Below are positions 18,888-28,936 of a DNA stretch of 64,000 nt, in pieces. Both the position numbers and the translations under genes were made by a program. The stretch lies in contig CAVVUN010000015.1 of assembly GCA_963751455.1 (NCBI GenBank), positions 1,472,001 through 1,536,000 of the forward strand, read 5' to 3'. The DNA is from Nitrospirota bacterium (lineage in GTDB: Bacteria > Nitrospirota > UBA9217). Position 1 is the stretch's first letter. Every line of letters starts with the position of its first letter. The notes beneath the pieces were generated by a model. The model was not told the DNA's origin and made no database searches. It was given only the letters and a program-made list of their open reading frames with translations.

Positions 18888-19841
18888 ATGACAGAGCAGG
18901 GTAAAGATCAGGCAACCGTTGACCGGTTGACCAAGACCCAAGAGATGGTCTATGAGCTTACCGTCGGCGAGGTGATGGCCCCGAAGATGGTGAGCGTCGG
19001 GCCGGACCAGACGATGTCCGAGTTCAGGATGATCCTGCGCGATAACCGCATCTCAGGGACCCCAGTCGTGGAAAACGGGAAACTGGTGGGGATGATCAGC
19101 ATCGAAGACCTGATCAATGCCTTCAATGACAACGCGATCAACTCCACGGTACGGGAGAGGATGAAACCTAAGGTCGAGTGCCTGTACGATGACGAACTCC
19201 TGGTCCACTGCATTGCCAAGTTTTCGAAATTCGGGTACCGCCGCTACCCGGTGCTGAACCGGGACAATGAACTGCTGGGCATAATTACGAAGGGGAGCAT
19301 CGTCGAAGGGCTGCTCAAAAAACTCGAGGTCGAATACGAACAGGCTGAATCGAAGGCATCGTTGGTACGTCACCGCCCAACCATGAGGAAATTTTTCGAA
19401 GACGTATCCGCTGACGAAATTAGTTTCACGTTCAAATATTTTGTTGCCGGCCAGACGCTCAAGGAAGCAGGCAAGGCGGCCAGCGAGCTCAAGAACGCCC
19501 TGAAAAAGCTGGGTGTCTGTCCGCCGCTCCTCAGGAGGATCGGCGTTGCGACATACGAGGCCGAGATCAATCTCGCATCCTATACAACAGGAGGAGAGAT
19601 CCGTGCCCAGGTTGAAAAATGGGGAATCCTCGTTGAAGCGATCGACAGCGGTCCCGGCATTCTCGACGTGGAACAAGCGCTGCAGCCGGGATATTCAACG
19701 GCGCCAGATTGGGTCCGGGAACTGGGGTTTGGGGCGGGCATGGGGCTCGTAAACATTAAGAAATGCGCCGATGAGATGAACCTGAAATCATCGGTGCCGG
19801 ACGGAACGCATCTGACAATGCAGTTCTATTATACGAGTTAA
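18888..19841 (+). CDS. CBS-pair plus RsbT/anti-sigma-type Ser/Thr kinase (HATPase) fusion
   Basis: Two CBS domains (ISGTPVV..GKLVGMIS; RRYPVL...LLGIIT), then AG.AASELK..L..LG, YEAEIN, DSGPGI.D...A...GYSTA...RELGFGAGMGL. Confidence 0.88.
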   Translation: MTEQGKDQATVDRLTKTQEMVYELTVGEVMAPKMVSVGPDQTMSEFRMILRDNRISGTPVVENGKLVGMISIEDLINAFNDNAINSTVRERMKPKVECLYDDELLVHCIAKFSKFGYRRYPVLNRDNELLGIITKGSIVEGLLKKLEVEYEQAESKASLVRHRPTMRKFFEDVSADEISFTFKYFVAGQTLKEAGKAASELKNALKKLGVCPPLLRRIGVATYEAEINLASYTTGGEIRAQVEKWGILVEAIDSGPGILDVEQALQPGYSTAPDWVRELGFGAGMGLVNIKKCADEMNLKSSVPDGTHLTMQFYYTS

Positions 19842-19846
19842 CGAGT

Positions 19847-20206
19847 ATGGTGCCCATGAAACTGAACGACCTCGTGAAGGAATTCAGCCTGGAAGTGAAA
19901 GCGGGCGCGGACAGCCTCAACGCCGAAGTGACCGCGGGATACGTAAGCGATCTTCTGTCAGACGTTCTGGCGCACGCCGAAGACGGCGCCCTTTGGGTTA
20001 CGCTGCATATTCACCAGAATATCGTGGCCGTCGCTTCGCACAAGGGGCTCTGCGGGATCCTTCTGGTCCAGGGCAGGCAGCCGGAAAAGGACACCATCAG
20101 GAAGGCGGAGGACGAGAAGATCCCGATTATGGTCAGCCCTCTTTCCGCATTCGAGCTTGTTGGCAGATTGTATAAGGCGGGAATTCGTGGCGCTGAGGCG
20201 GATTAA
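19847..20206 (+). CDS. DRTGG-domain / HPr-kinase N-terminal-like protein
   Basis: GYVSDLLSDVL, LWVT...H.NIVAVA, A.DE.IPI..S...AFE..GRLY. Confidence 0.85.
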   Translation: MVPMKLNDLVKEFSLEVKAGADSLNAEVTAGYVSDLLSDVLAHAEDGALWVTLHIHQNIVAVASHKGLCGILLVQGRQPEKDTIRKAEDEKIPIMVSPLSAFELVGRLYKAGIRGAEAD

Positions 20207-20933
20207 GGCTGATCTTCATCTGCACACATGCCTTTCCCCCTGCTCCGGTCTGGATATGTCGCCCCGTGAAGTGGTGAATGCGGCGATCCAGAAGGGTTTG
20301 GGCCTGATCGGCATATGCGACCATAACTCGGCCGAGAACGTTCTTGCGGTGAGGAAGGCCGGCGAACGGAACGGTTTGATGGTCGTGGGCGGTATGGAAG
20401 TGACCTCTTCGGAGGAAGCGCATTTACTCGTATTTTTTGATTCGGATGACGATCTTCTGGAGTTCCAGGACTATATTTACCGGCACCTGTCGGGCCGCAA
20501 CGACGAACACTCCTTCGGTTTGCAGGTGATCGCCGACGATGAGGACGGGGTAACCGGTTTCTGCGACCGGCTTCTGATCGGCGCTACATCGCTATCCGCG
20601 GAAGCGATCGTTGCAAAGGCCCACGCGGTGAAAGACGGCAGCCTGGTGATCGCGGCGCACGTTGACCGTGAATCGTTCAGTATCATCGGCCAGTTCGGGT
20701 TCATTCCCGCGGGGCTGGGACTGGACGCTCTTGAAGTGTCGGCGAAAATGACAGCGGCTGAGCTCAAGGCCCGGCATCCCGAGTGCGGGAACTACCCGGT
20801 CGTAACCGGGTCGGATGCGCACAGCCCTGACGACATCGGAAAGTGCTTTACCTGGGTGACCGTCGGGGACGGATCAATCGCAGAGATCAGGAAAGCCCTG
20901 GCGGGCACGGATGGAAGGAAGGCGGAGTGCTGA
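20187..20933 (+). CDS. PHP-domain phosphoesterase (putative phosphatase)
   Basis: DLHLHTCLSPC, CDHNS, GME.T..EE.H, AHVDR, GSDAH. Confidence 0.88.
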   Translation: MALRRIKADLHLHTCLSPCSGLDMSPREVVNAAIQKGLGLIGICDHNSAENVLAVRKAGERNGLMVVGGMEVTSSEEAHLLVFFDSDDDLLEFQDYIYRHLSGRNDEHSFGLQVIADDEDGVTGFCDRLLIGATSLSAEAIVAKAHAVKDGSLVIAAHVDRESFSIIGQFGFIPAGLGLDALEVSAKMTAAELKARHPECGNYPVVTGSDAHSPDDIGKCFTWVTVGDGSIAEIRKALAGTDGRKAEC

Positions 20934-20937
20934 GTCA

Positions 20938-21471
20938 GTGGAAGACCTCTCGCTGCATGTTCTTGATATCGCCGAGAACTCGGTCCGCGCAGAAGCAAAA
21001 ACAGTAGAGATCATCGTAACGAGGGACCTTTCCCGGGATATTCTCCGGGTCGAGGTGGTGGACGACGGGAGGGGAATGGACGCAGCGACGCTTGCAAGCG
21101 TTCGCGACCCGTTCTTTACCACGAAACATAAGAAAACCGGCCTTGGCATCCCGCTCCTGTCGCAGGCGGCTGAACAGACAGGAGGACAGTTCTCTGTCGA
21201 TTCCCGCCGCGGAAAAGGCACCCGGGTTGCTGCTTCGTTCCGGTGGAGTCATGTAGACCGGCCGCCGGTAGGCAGCATGGCTGAAACGCTCCTGACGCTT
21301 ATTGCGGGGCATTGCGACAGGGATTACATATACGAAGAACGGGAAGGAGAGTATTCCTTCCGGTTCGATACCCGGGAGATCAAAGCGGATCTCGAAGGGG
21401 TCCCGATCACCGAGCCGTCCGTGCTGAACGCGATCAGGGACATGCTGAAGGAAAATATCAGGATCAGGTAA
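20938..21471 (+). CDS. Stand-alone HATPase (histidine-kinase-like) ATP-binding protein
   Basis: EDLSLHVLDIAENS, DDGRGM, DPFFTT, GLGIP, HVDRPP.G, FDTREIK. Confidence 0.88.
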   Translation: MEDLSLHVLDIAENSVRAEAKTVEIIVTRDLSRDILRVEVVDDGRGMDAATLASVRDPFFTTKHKKTGLGIPLLSQAAEQTGGQFSVDSRRGKGTRVAASFRWSHVDRPPVGSMAETLLTLIAGHCDRDYIYEEREGEYSFRFDTREIKADLEGVPITEPSVLNAIRDMLKENIRIR

Positions 21472-21548
21472 AAACTGATTTATTAAAAGTGCCAGAATAA
21501 ATTATATTTCATCTCACATTTTCCGTTCAAGATGAGAAGAGGTAGATA

Positions 21549-22064
21549 ATGAGTAAAGAAGCTGCCGTACAAAATAAAACCGAAAATGAACCGGTCGAAA
21601 CGATCCCACGGGAGAAGTTCCAAAAGATCGATGCGATCATAGAAAAATACAGGGACAAACCCGGCTCACTGATCCCGGTCCTGCAGCAGGCGCAGGACGT
21701 CTGCGGTTATCTGCCGCATGCCGTGCAGCGCTATATTGCGAAGGGCATGAAGATGTCGCCGAGCGTCGTGTTCGGCGTTGCAACCTTCTATTCGTTCTTT
21801 ACGCTGGTGCCGCGCGGAAAACACGTCATCCGGGTCTGCCTGGGCACTGCCTGCTATGTCAAAAGAAGCGAAGAGATCCTCCTTAAAATCAAGGACGAAA
21901 TGGACCTCGAGGTCGGAGAAATAACCAGGGACAAGAAGTATTCGCTCGAGGCTGTACGGTGCCTCGGCGCCTGCGGGCTGGCGCCCGTCGTCGTTGTCGG
22001 ACAGGACACGTATGGCGACGTGGCGGCGACGAAGGTGATGGACATCATTAAGAAGTACGAGTAG
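21549..22064 (+). CDS. nuoE: NuoE/HndA/HydC-type [2Fe-2S] subunit
   Basis: GVATFYSFF, VCLGTAC, RCLGACGLAP. Confidence 0.9.
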   Translation: MSKEAAVQNKTENEPVETIPREKFQKIDAIIEKYRDKPGSLIPVLQQAQDVCGYLPHAVQRYIAKGMKMSPSVVFGVATFYSFFTLVPRGKHVIRVCLGTACYVKRSEEILLKIKDEMDLEVGEITRDKKYSLEAVRCLGACGLAPVVVVGQDTYGDVAATKVMDIIKKYE

Positions 22065-22161
22065 GTCCTTATTGTAAATTGTACCCTGCTCTAGCGAAGA
22101 CGCGGGCATAAACAAATTGTAAAATGCAAAATGCAAAGTGTGGAATACACGGAGTGACACA

Positions 22162-22545
22162 ATGGCCAAACTGACGATTGCGGATTTGAAGAAGATCAAG
22201 GAAACGTACCACGCCAGTCAAGCCCTGCGCGAGGGCGGATTCCGGGTAAAGATTACGGTGCATATGGGCACCTGCGGAATTGCAGCGGGGGCGCGTCCGA
22301 TCATGAATGCGATCATGGAAGAACTGTCCAAGTCGAACCTCAAGGATGTTGCGGTCACTACTTCGGGCTGCGCGGGACTCTGCAGCAAGGAGCCCATGAT
22401 CACGATAGAACTTGCGGGCGAACCGCCGATCAAGTACATCGCCCTGACCGAGGACAAGACACGGAAAATTTTCGCGCAGCACGTCGTAGCCGGAAAGCCC
22501 GTAGCCGAGTACGCTTTGGTCGCCGGGCATGAGACGACGTATTAA
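22162..22545 (+). CDS. HndB/HydD-type thioredoxin-like ferredoxin subunit
   Basis: VHMGTCGIAAGAR ... TSGCAGLCSKEP ... I..QHVV.G.PV.EY (three Cys). Confidence 0.85.
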   Translation: MAKLTIADLKKIKETYHASQALREGGFRVKITVHMGTCGIAAGARPIMNAIMEELSKSNLKDVAVTTSGCAGLCSKEPMITIELAGEPPIKYIALTEDKTRKIFAQHVVAGKPVAEYALVAGHETTY

Positions 22546-22684
22546 AACGCAAAGGTTCTTTAACCGCAGATTACGCAGATAGCGCCGATTAAGACGCTTG
22601 GAAAAACCTTTTTTAATCTGTGTAATCTGAGCAATCTGCGGACAAGTTTTAAAAAGATTTCCAATTCAGGTTATGGAGTAAACT

Positions 22685-24475
22685 GTGGAGACGACATACC
22701 GTTCAAACATAATGATCTGTGCGGGCACCGGCTGCGTGGCAAACGGGTCCCTTAAGGTCAAGGACGCGCTGGAGACGGAGCTTATCAAGCGCAATCTTCA
22801 GAACGAGGTCAAAATCGTCCTTACCGGGTGCAACGGGTTTTGCGCCAAGGGCCCGGTCATCGTGGTCTACCCCGAAGACATCTTTTACCAGATGGTAAAG
22901 CCCGACGACGTGCCCCATCTCGTTGAGGAACACTTCATCAAGGGCCGTCCCGTACAGAAGTTCCTCTATACGCCGCCCGCGCAGAAAACCGCGATCCCGG
23001 TCATGAATGACATTCCGTTCTTCAAGCACCAGGTACTTCGCGCTTTGAGGAACCGCAGCCTGATCGATGCGGAGAAGATCGAAGAGTATATCGCGCGCGA
23101 CGGGTACATGGCAGCAGCCAAGGCGCTCCTGGAGATGACGCCCGAACAGATTGTGAACGAGATGAAAAAATCCGGACTCCGCGGCAGGGGAGGAGCAGGA
23201 TTCCTGAGCGGACTGAAGTGGGAGCTCTGCGCCCGCGTTCCGGGCGAGATTAAATACATCCTGTGCAACGGCGACGAGGGCGACCCGGGCGCGTTCATGG
23301 ACAGGAGCGTGATGGAAGCCGACCCGCACTCCGTGCTCGAGGGCATGATCATTGCGGCCAAGGCGATCAGCGCCCATTACGGTTATATCTATGTCCGGGC
23401 CGAATATCCGCTGGCCGTGCACCGGCTCCAGCTTGCCATCGACCAGGCAAAAGAGCGTGGGCTTCTGGGCAAGGACATTCTCGGTTCGGGCTTTGACCTC
23501 GATATTGAGATCTACCAGGGCGCCGGCGCCTTTGTATGCGGCGAGGAAACAGCGCTCATGGCCTCCATCGAAGGGAAACGCGGCATGCCGCGCGCCAAGC
23601 CGCCGTTCCCTGCGGTCAAGGGCCTCTGGCAGCGGCCCTCGGTTCTGAACAACGTCGAGACCTTTGCCAACGTGCCGCCGATCATCCTGAACGGGGCCGA
23701 CTGGTTTGCGAGCCTCGGCACCGAGAAGAGCAAGGGCACGAAGGTGTTTGCGCTCTCCGGAGCTCTGAACAATATCGGTCTCGTGGAAGTGCCCATGGGC
23801 ATCCCGCTCAAGACCATCATTTTTGATATCGGCGGAGGCGTCAAGGGCAACCGCAAATTCAAGGCCGTGCAGATGGGCGGACCGTCCGGCGGCTGTATCC
23901 CGGCATCGCTCATTGAGACGCCGGTCGACTACGAGAACATCAACAAGACCGGCGCGATCATGGGGTCCGGCGGTATGGTGGTCATGGACGAGACGACATG
24001 CATGCCGGCCATGGCAAAGTTCTTCCTCGAATTTACCGAGGACGAGTCCTGCGGCAAATGTGTCCCGTGCCGTATCGGGAACAAGACGCTCCTCAACATC
24101 CTCACCCGGATCACGAACGGCGAAGGCCGTGAAGGCGATATCGAGCTGCTGTTGAACCTGTCGCAGCAGATCAAGGATACTTCGCTTTGCGGTCTGGGCC
24201 AGACATCGCCCAACCCCGTGCTCACAACCATCAAGTATTTCCGGGAAGAGTACGAGGCGCATATCAAGGACCACAAGTGCCCGGCGCGCGTCTGCACGCC
24301 GCTTATCGAATTCAAGGTGAACGAGGAAAAATGCAAGAAGTGCGGTCTCTGTTCCAAGAACTGTCCGGTCGGGGCCGTAACCTGGGAGAAGGGCAAGACG
24401 GCCTTTATTGACAGGGAAAAATGCACCAAGTGCAAGACCTGCATAAAGAACTGCCGGTTCTGGGCGATTGATTGA
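22685..24475 (+). CDS. nuoF: Long NuoF (HydB/HndC-type) flavoprotein with extra N-terminal [2Fe-2S] and C-terminal 2x[4Fe-4S] domains
   Basis: CAGTGC..CNGFC; SGLRGRGGAGF; DEGDPGAFMDR; GGPSGG; ESCGKCVPCR..CGLG; H..DHKCPARVC; two C-terminal CxxCxxCxxxC. Confidence 0.92.
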   Translation: METTYRSNIMICAGTGCVANGSLKVKDALETELIKRNLQNEVKIVLTGCNGFCAKGPVIVVYPEDIFYQMVKPDDVPHLVEEHFIKGRPVQKFLYTPPAQKTAIPVMNDIPFFKHQVLRALRNRSLIDAEKIEEYIARDGYMAAAKALLEMTPEQIVNEMKKSGLRGRGGAGFLSGLKWELCARVPGEIKYILCNGDEGDPGAFMDRSVMEADPHSVLEGMIIAAKAISAHYGYIYVRAEYPLAVHRLQLAIDQAKERGLLGKDILGSGFDLDIEIYQGAGAFVCGEETALMASIEGKRGMPRAKPPFPAVKGLWQRPSVLNNVETFANVPPIILNGADWFASLGTEKSKGTKVFALSGALNNIGLVEVPMGIPLKTIIFDIGGGVKGNRKFKAVQMGGPSGGCIPASLIETPVDYENINKTGAIMGSGGMVVMDETTCMPAMAKFFLEFTEDESCGKCVPCRIGNKTLLNILTRITNGEGREGDIELLLNLSQQIKDTSLCGLGQTSPNPVLTTIKYFREEYEAHIKDHKCPARVCTPLIEFKVNEEKCKKCGLCSKNCPVGAVTWEKGKTAFIDREKCTKCKTCIKNCRFWAID

Positions 24476-24480
24476 TATTA

Positions 24481-24540
24481 TGGACCAAGCCGACCATGTC
24501 GGCGTACGTTACGGCAACATGGTTGCCTCGGTCCAAAAAA
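24481..24540. other. Long imperfect intergenic hairpin between nuoF and nuoG
   Basis: TGGACC..ACCATGT..GTA-CGT-TAC..ACATGGT..GGTCCA nested inverted repeat. Confidence 0.5.
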
Positions 24541-24552
24541 AGGTAAAAAAAC

Positions 24553-26679
24553 ATGCCAAATATAACGGTAACGGTTGACGGAAAAAGTGTCGAGGTTCCT
24601 CTCGGATCGACGATCCTCGAAGCGGCGAACGCCGCGGGATCGCGGGTGCCGACCCTGTGCCACGACAACAAACTCCATCCCTTCGGCGCCTGCCGGATCT
24701 GCCTCGTGGAGGTGGAGGGTACGCCCCGGAAGTTTACGCCCTCGTGTACCACGCCTGCAACGGATAAGATGGTCGTAAAGACGACCAGTCCCGCGTTGAT
24801 CGAGGCCCGCCGGATGGTGCTCGAACTCCTTTTGATAAAGCATCCCCTCGACTGCCCGGTCTGCGACAAGGCTGGCGAATGCAGCCTGCAGGACCTGGTC
24901 CACGAGTACGGGCTCGGTCCGAGCAGGTTCGACCCGGATAAGGCATATCTTCCGCCCGACTATGAAAGCGCCATCATCGAGCGAAATATCAGCCGCTGCA
25001 TCCTCTGCGGCAAGTGCGTCAGGATTTGCGACGAGCAGAACGGCGTGGGCGAGTGGGCGTTTACGCGGAGGGGAACGAAGGCGCGCATAAGCACGGATTT
25101 CGACCGGCCGCTCGACTGCGAGTTCTGCGGGGAATGCGTAGAGATCTGTCCCGTCGGAGCGCTCACAACCAGGCAGTTCAAGTACAAGGCCCGTTCATGG
25201 AACCTGGAAGCGACGAACTCAGTCTGCAATTATTGCGGCTGCGGCTGCAACCTCAGCTATGAAACGCGAAACGGCAAGATCATGCGCGTCGGCCCCGGCA
25301 AAAGCAACTATCTCTGCACCAAGGGCAGGTTCGGCTGGGACGTTGTCCATTCGTCTGACCGCCTGACCACGCCCAAGATGCGGGTTGGAGGTACGCTCGT
25401 GGATTGCACCTGGGAAGAGGCCCTCTCGGTCGTCGCGACCAACCTCAAGGTTATGAGGGACAAGCACGGCGCAGCGAAGATCGGCGGACTGGGCTCGGTA
25501 CGGACCACGAACGAGGACAATTACGTGTTCCAGAAGTTTATGCGGACAATAATTGGAACCGGCAATGTCGACCTGCTCGCGAGGCTCAAGGTCCCGAAAG
25601 GACTGGACACGGCGTTCTTTTCGGGTGAGCTGAGCAGGATGGCGGAGCACGAAGTAATTCTCGTTCTCGACAAGAACGTGGGCGAGATCAACCCGCTGAC
25701 CGGAATCGAGATCGTACGGGCCGTCAACAAGAAGGAACGGAAACTGGTGCTCGTGAACGACGAGTTCAACAAGTTCAACAAGATCGCGAGCGTCGTAATT
25801 CCGGATACCACTGCCGGCGCGCTCGAAGAGCTGCGCAAGGCGTTTTCCTCGGCGTCAAAAAGCGATCCCGTCAAACAAGCCGTGGAATTTCTGAAGAACG
25901 CCAAGAGCGTGGCACTGATCGTGCCGGCCCGGCTTTCCGACAAGGAAGCGGCGGCAATCAGGGAACTTGCAGGACAGCTCAAGAATGTCACCTATTATCC
26001 GCTTATCAGACGGAGCAATTTTCAGGGTGCGCTCGACATGGGCGTCATCTCTTCGTATCTCCCGGGTTACCAGAAGGCGGACAAACCCGGCATGAACGCG
26101 GTTGAAATGATAGAAGCGATCAAGGCCGGAAAACTGGCTTCACTCTACATCATGGGCGATGACCCGGCCGGGAGCGATCCGAACCTCAGGCCGATCCTTG
26201 AGAAGCTCGAGTTCCTCGTTGTTCAGGACGCGTTTCTGACGGACACCGCGAAACTGGCACATGTGGTGCTTCCTGCGGCCATGAGCGCCGAGAAAACAGG
26301 TACGTTTACGAACCTCGAGCGGAGGCTGCAGCAATTCGACAAAGCCGAGGAACCGGTCGGCGAGGCAAAGCCCGATTGGGAGATCATCCGGGAAATTTCG
26401 AGGAAGATGGGCTCCTCGTCCATGCAGTATGCATCGGCCCGGGACATTATGAAGGAGATCAAGGCTTCGGTGCCTCTTTACCGGGAGCTCGCTGTCGGCG
26501 CCTGCTGGCGGCCGGACCAATCGCCGCTCGCCAATACGGCTGTTGATCTGTCGCTTGCGTCCGACACGATCATGACTCAGGAAGTCGTTACGGCGGACAG
26601 GTTGGTGTTCTCATCAGGAATGACCATAACCCGTTCAAAGGAAATAGGGACCATTCGACACATTAAGATAGAAGTGTAG
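24553..26679 (+). CDS. nuoG: NuoG (multi-FeS N-terminus plus non-catalytic molybdopterin-oxidoreductase fold)
   Basis: CHD..CRIC..C; HPLDCPVCDKAGEC; CILCGKCVRIC; CEFCGECVEICP; CNYCGCGC..C. No H-cluster motifs; the FDH Cys/Sec-His site is absent (NVDLLARLK). Confidence 0.88.
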   Translation: MPNITVTVDGKSVEVPLGSTILEAANAAGSRVPTLCHDNKLHPFGACRICLVEVEGTPRKFTPSCTTPATDKMVVKTTSPALIEARRMVLELLLIKHPLDCPVCDKAGECSLQDLVHEYGLGPSRFDPDKAYLPPDYESAIIERNISRCILCGKCVRICDEQNGVGEWAFTRRGTKARISTDFDRPLDCEFCGECVEICPVGALTTRQFKYKARSWNLEATNSVCNYCGCGCNLSYETRNGKIMRVGPGKSNYLCTKGRFGWDVVHSSDRLTTPKMRVGGTLVDCTWEEALSVVATNLKVMRDKHGAAKIGGLGSVRTTNEDNYVFQKFMRTIIGTGNVDLLARLKVPKGLDTAFFSGELSRMAEHEVILVLDKNVGEINPLTGIEIVRAVNKKERKLVLVNDEFNKFNKIASVVIPDTTAGALEELRKAFSSASKSDPVKQAVEFLKNAKSVALIVPARLSDKEAAAIRELAGQLKNVTYYPLIRRSNFQGALDMGVISSYLPGYQKADKPGMNAVEMIEAIKAGKLASLYIMGDDPAGSDPNLRPILEKLEFLVVQDAFLTDTAKLAHVVLPAAMSAEKTGTFTNLERRLQQFDKAEEPVGEAKPDWEIIREISRKMGSSSMQYASARDIMKEIKASVPLYRELAVGACWRPDQSPLANTAVDLSLASDTIMTQEVVTADRLVFSSGMTITRSKEIGTIRHIKIEV

Positions 26680-26688
26680 GAGTTGAAC

Positions 26689-27771
26689 ATGCCAGAAATG
26701 ATACTCAATATTATCTATACGCTGCTGATTCCGGTCGCGGCCATGCTGGCTTTCATCCTGGCTAACGCCATGTATCTCCAACTGATGGAACGCAAGGTGC
26801 TGGCGCACATGCAGGGCAGGATGGGCCCGATGAGGACGGGTTGGCACGGAATTCTTCAGCCGGTCGCCGATGCCGTCAAATTCATCATGAAAGAGGACAT
26901 CATACCGGCCAAGGCGGACAAATGGGTGTTCAGCATCGCCCCCATCATCATGCTGGTCATGGCCTTCGGGGCCTTCGTGGCGCTGCCGTTCGGAGCTCCC
27001 ACCGATTTCTACGGCCTGGCGTCCCATAAAGTCCCGCTCTGGGTCTCGAACCTGAACATCGGGGTGCTGTATATCCTGGCGCTTTCCAGCATCGGAACCT
27101 ACGGTGTTATCATGGGAGGGTGGGCTTCCAATAACAAGTATTCGCTGATGGGCGGCTTCCGTTCCGCGGCCCAGATGATCAGCTATGAGATTCCGATGGC
27201 TTTCGCCATAGTCACGGTCGTTCTCATGACCGGATCGTTGAATCTGTCCGATATCGTTAACGCCCAGTTGAACCGGTGGTTCATTATAGCGCTGCCGGTC
27301 GGACCGGTCGTCTTCTTCATCTATATTATTTCTGCAGTGGCTGAAACCAATCGTGTACCGTTCGACCTGCCGGAAGCGGAAAGCGAACTTGTAGCCGGCT
27401 ACTTTACAGAATACAGCGGCATCCGCTTCGGCATGTTCTACATGGCTGAATATATCAATATGATGGTCGTATCGGTAATGGTCGCCATCATGTTCCTGGG
27501 CGGCTGGCTGCCTGTCCAGATACTTCCGAATACGGCGATCGGCCATTTTGCTGCCATTGCATTCCTGAACAGGGCTCTGGCCGCGATACCCGGCACGTTC
27601 TGGCTGCTCGGAAAACTTTACTTCTTCATCTTTTTCTATATGTGGATCCGGGCGACCCTGCCGCGGTACAGGTATGATCAGCTGATGGCGCTTTCGTGGA
27701 AATTTCTGTTGCCGCTTTCGCTGGCGACGCTGATGGTCACTGCGTTCATGAAGCAGGCGGGATGGCTGTAA
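26689..27771 (+). CDS. nuoH: NADH-quinone oxidoreductase subunit H
   Basis: ERKV.A.MQ.R.GP, LQP.AD..K, SYE, ETNR.PFDLPEAESEL, PRYRYDQ. Confidence 0.96.
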   Translation: MPEMILNIIYTLLIPVAAMLAFILANAMYLQLMERKVLAHMQGRMGPMRTGWHGILQPVADAVKFIMKEDIIPAKADKWVFSIAPIIMLVMAFGAFVALPFGAPTDFYGLASHKVPLWVSNLNIGVLYILALSSIGTYGVIMGGWASNNKYSLMGGFRSAAQMISYEIPMAFAIVTVVLMTGSLNLSDIVNAQLNRWFIIALPVGPVVFFIYIISAVAETNRVPFDLPEAESELVAGYFTEYSGIRFGMFYMAEYINMMVVSVMVAIMFLGGWLPVQILPNTAIGHFAAIAFLNRALAAIPGTFWLLGKLYFFIFFYMWIRATLPRYRYDQLMALSWKFLLPLSLATLMVTAFMKQAGWL

Positions 27772-27780
27772 CATTACCAC

Positions 27781-27812
27781 CCCTCACATAACCTCTCCCC
27801 TGAGGGGAGAGG
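27781..27812. repeat. REP-like palindrome (CCTCTCCCC-TGA-GGGGAGAGG)
   Basis: Perfect 9-bp stem preceded by CCCTCAC, between nuoH and nuoI. Confidence 0.65.
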
Positions 27813-27865
27813 ACAAAGATGAGGGGGCACGTACTTGAAGCTTCGAGCAGTAAGGAGTTATACCG

Positions 27866-28345
27866 ATGAGCAAAGTGAAAAAATTATTTAAAACCATTTT
27901 TCTGATTGAAATCGCCCAGGGTATGGCCTTGACGCTTAAGACGATGCTTACGCCTGCGGTCACCCGGCAGTATCCGAAGTTCAAGCGCAAGCCTTTCGAG
28001 GGCTCGCGCGGGCTGCACGCAATGCTGCGGGACGATTCCGGACAGAAAGAACGGTGTATAGGGTGCGGGCTCTGCGAAGCGGTCTGCCCCGCGAAAGCAA
28101 TAAAGGTAGTGACCTCGGAAGGGGCCGAGCATGAGAAGGTGGTAAACGCCTATGAGCTTGACCTGCTTCGGTGCGTATTCTGCGGTTTCTGCGTGGAGGC
28201 CTGTCCTGTGTCCGCGATAGTCATGACCCCCGATTTCGAACTGGCGTGCTATTCGAGAAAGGACGCATTCTATACCAAGGACCGGCTTGTTGAGATAGGC
28301 GACAAGTTCACGGGCGGGAAGGCGGTAATAAGCAATGATAAATAA
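27866..28345 (+). CDS. nuoI: NADH-quinone oxidoreductase subunit I
   Basis: T.QYP, RGLH, CIGCGLCEAVCP, CVFCGFCVEACP. Confidence 0.95.
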   Translation: MSKVKKLFKTIFLIEIAQGMALTLKTMLTPAVTRQYPKFKRKPFEGSRGLHAMLRDDSGQKERCIGCGLCEAVCPAKAIKVVTSEGAEHEKVVNAYELDLLRCVFCGFCVEACPVSAIVMTPDFELACYSRKDAFYTKDRLVEIGDKFTGGKAVISNDK

Positions 28346-28841
28346 GCTGATCTTCATGTATTTCGCCGCGGTAATCATCGCTTCGGCGGTTCTTACGATA
28401 ACGCGCCGGAACCCGATCCACAGCGTCCTCTTCATGCTGCTTCTGTTCTTCCATATCGCGGGCGTATTCGTGCTTCTCAATGCGGAGTTCCTGGCTGCTG
28501 TGCAGCTCATCGTTTACGCCGGAGCGATTTTGATACTTTACCTCTTCGTCGCGATGCTTTTGAATATAGGCCTGGAACGCCAGGCTGTCAGGGCGAACAG
28601 GTTTTGGCCCTGGATGGTGGGATTCGGAGTGCTTATCGCAAGCGAAATCACGCTTTTGATCTCACGCGGCGCTTTCCCTGGCGAGAACGGCCAACAAGTC
28701 CGCTTCGCGGGCGCGGGGGTCAAGGAATTCGGCGAAGTGCTGTATCAGAAATACCTGCTGCCGTTCGAGATAGCATCCGTCATTCTGCTGGTCGGACTGA
28801 TCGGAGCGGTCATGCTGGCGAAAAAAGGCGCAAACGACTAG
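28335..28841 (+). CDS. nuoJ: NADH-quinone oxidoreductase subunit J
   Basis: NPIHS, AEFLAAVQLIVYAGAI, PFEIAS.ILL. Confidence 0.95.
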   Translation: MINKLIFMYFAAVIIASAVLTITRRNPIHSVLFMLLLFFHIAGVFVLLNAEFLAAVQLIVYAGAILILYLFVAMLLNIGLERQAVRANRFWPWMVGFGVLIASEITLLISRGAFPGENGQQVRFAGAGVKEFGEVLYQKYLLPFEIASVILLVGLIGAVMLAKKGAND

Positions 28842-28936
28842 TGACAGAAGTTAGAAGACGGGAGCTAGAAAAAATCAGGTGTTTTCTCCTCCTGACTCCC
28901 GACTCCTGACTACTATATACGATTTTTGGAGGTCCT

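Noticed and set aside
17361-24274. Long antisense ORFs (408 aa at 17361-18587, 523 aa at 22703-24274) and similar shadows over nuoH/L/M/N
   Set aside because: They lie opposite well-conserved genes, have no motifs, and are expected from GC-rich codon bias.
24553-26679. Formate dehydrogenase alpha subunit or [FeFe]-hydrogenase HydA
   Set aside because: No Cys/Sec-His at the Mo site, no in-frame TGA, a truncated final domain and no H-cluster motifs.
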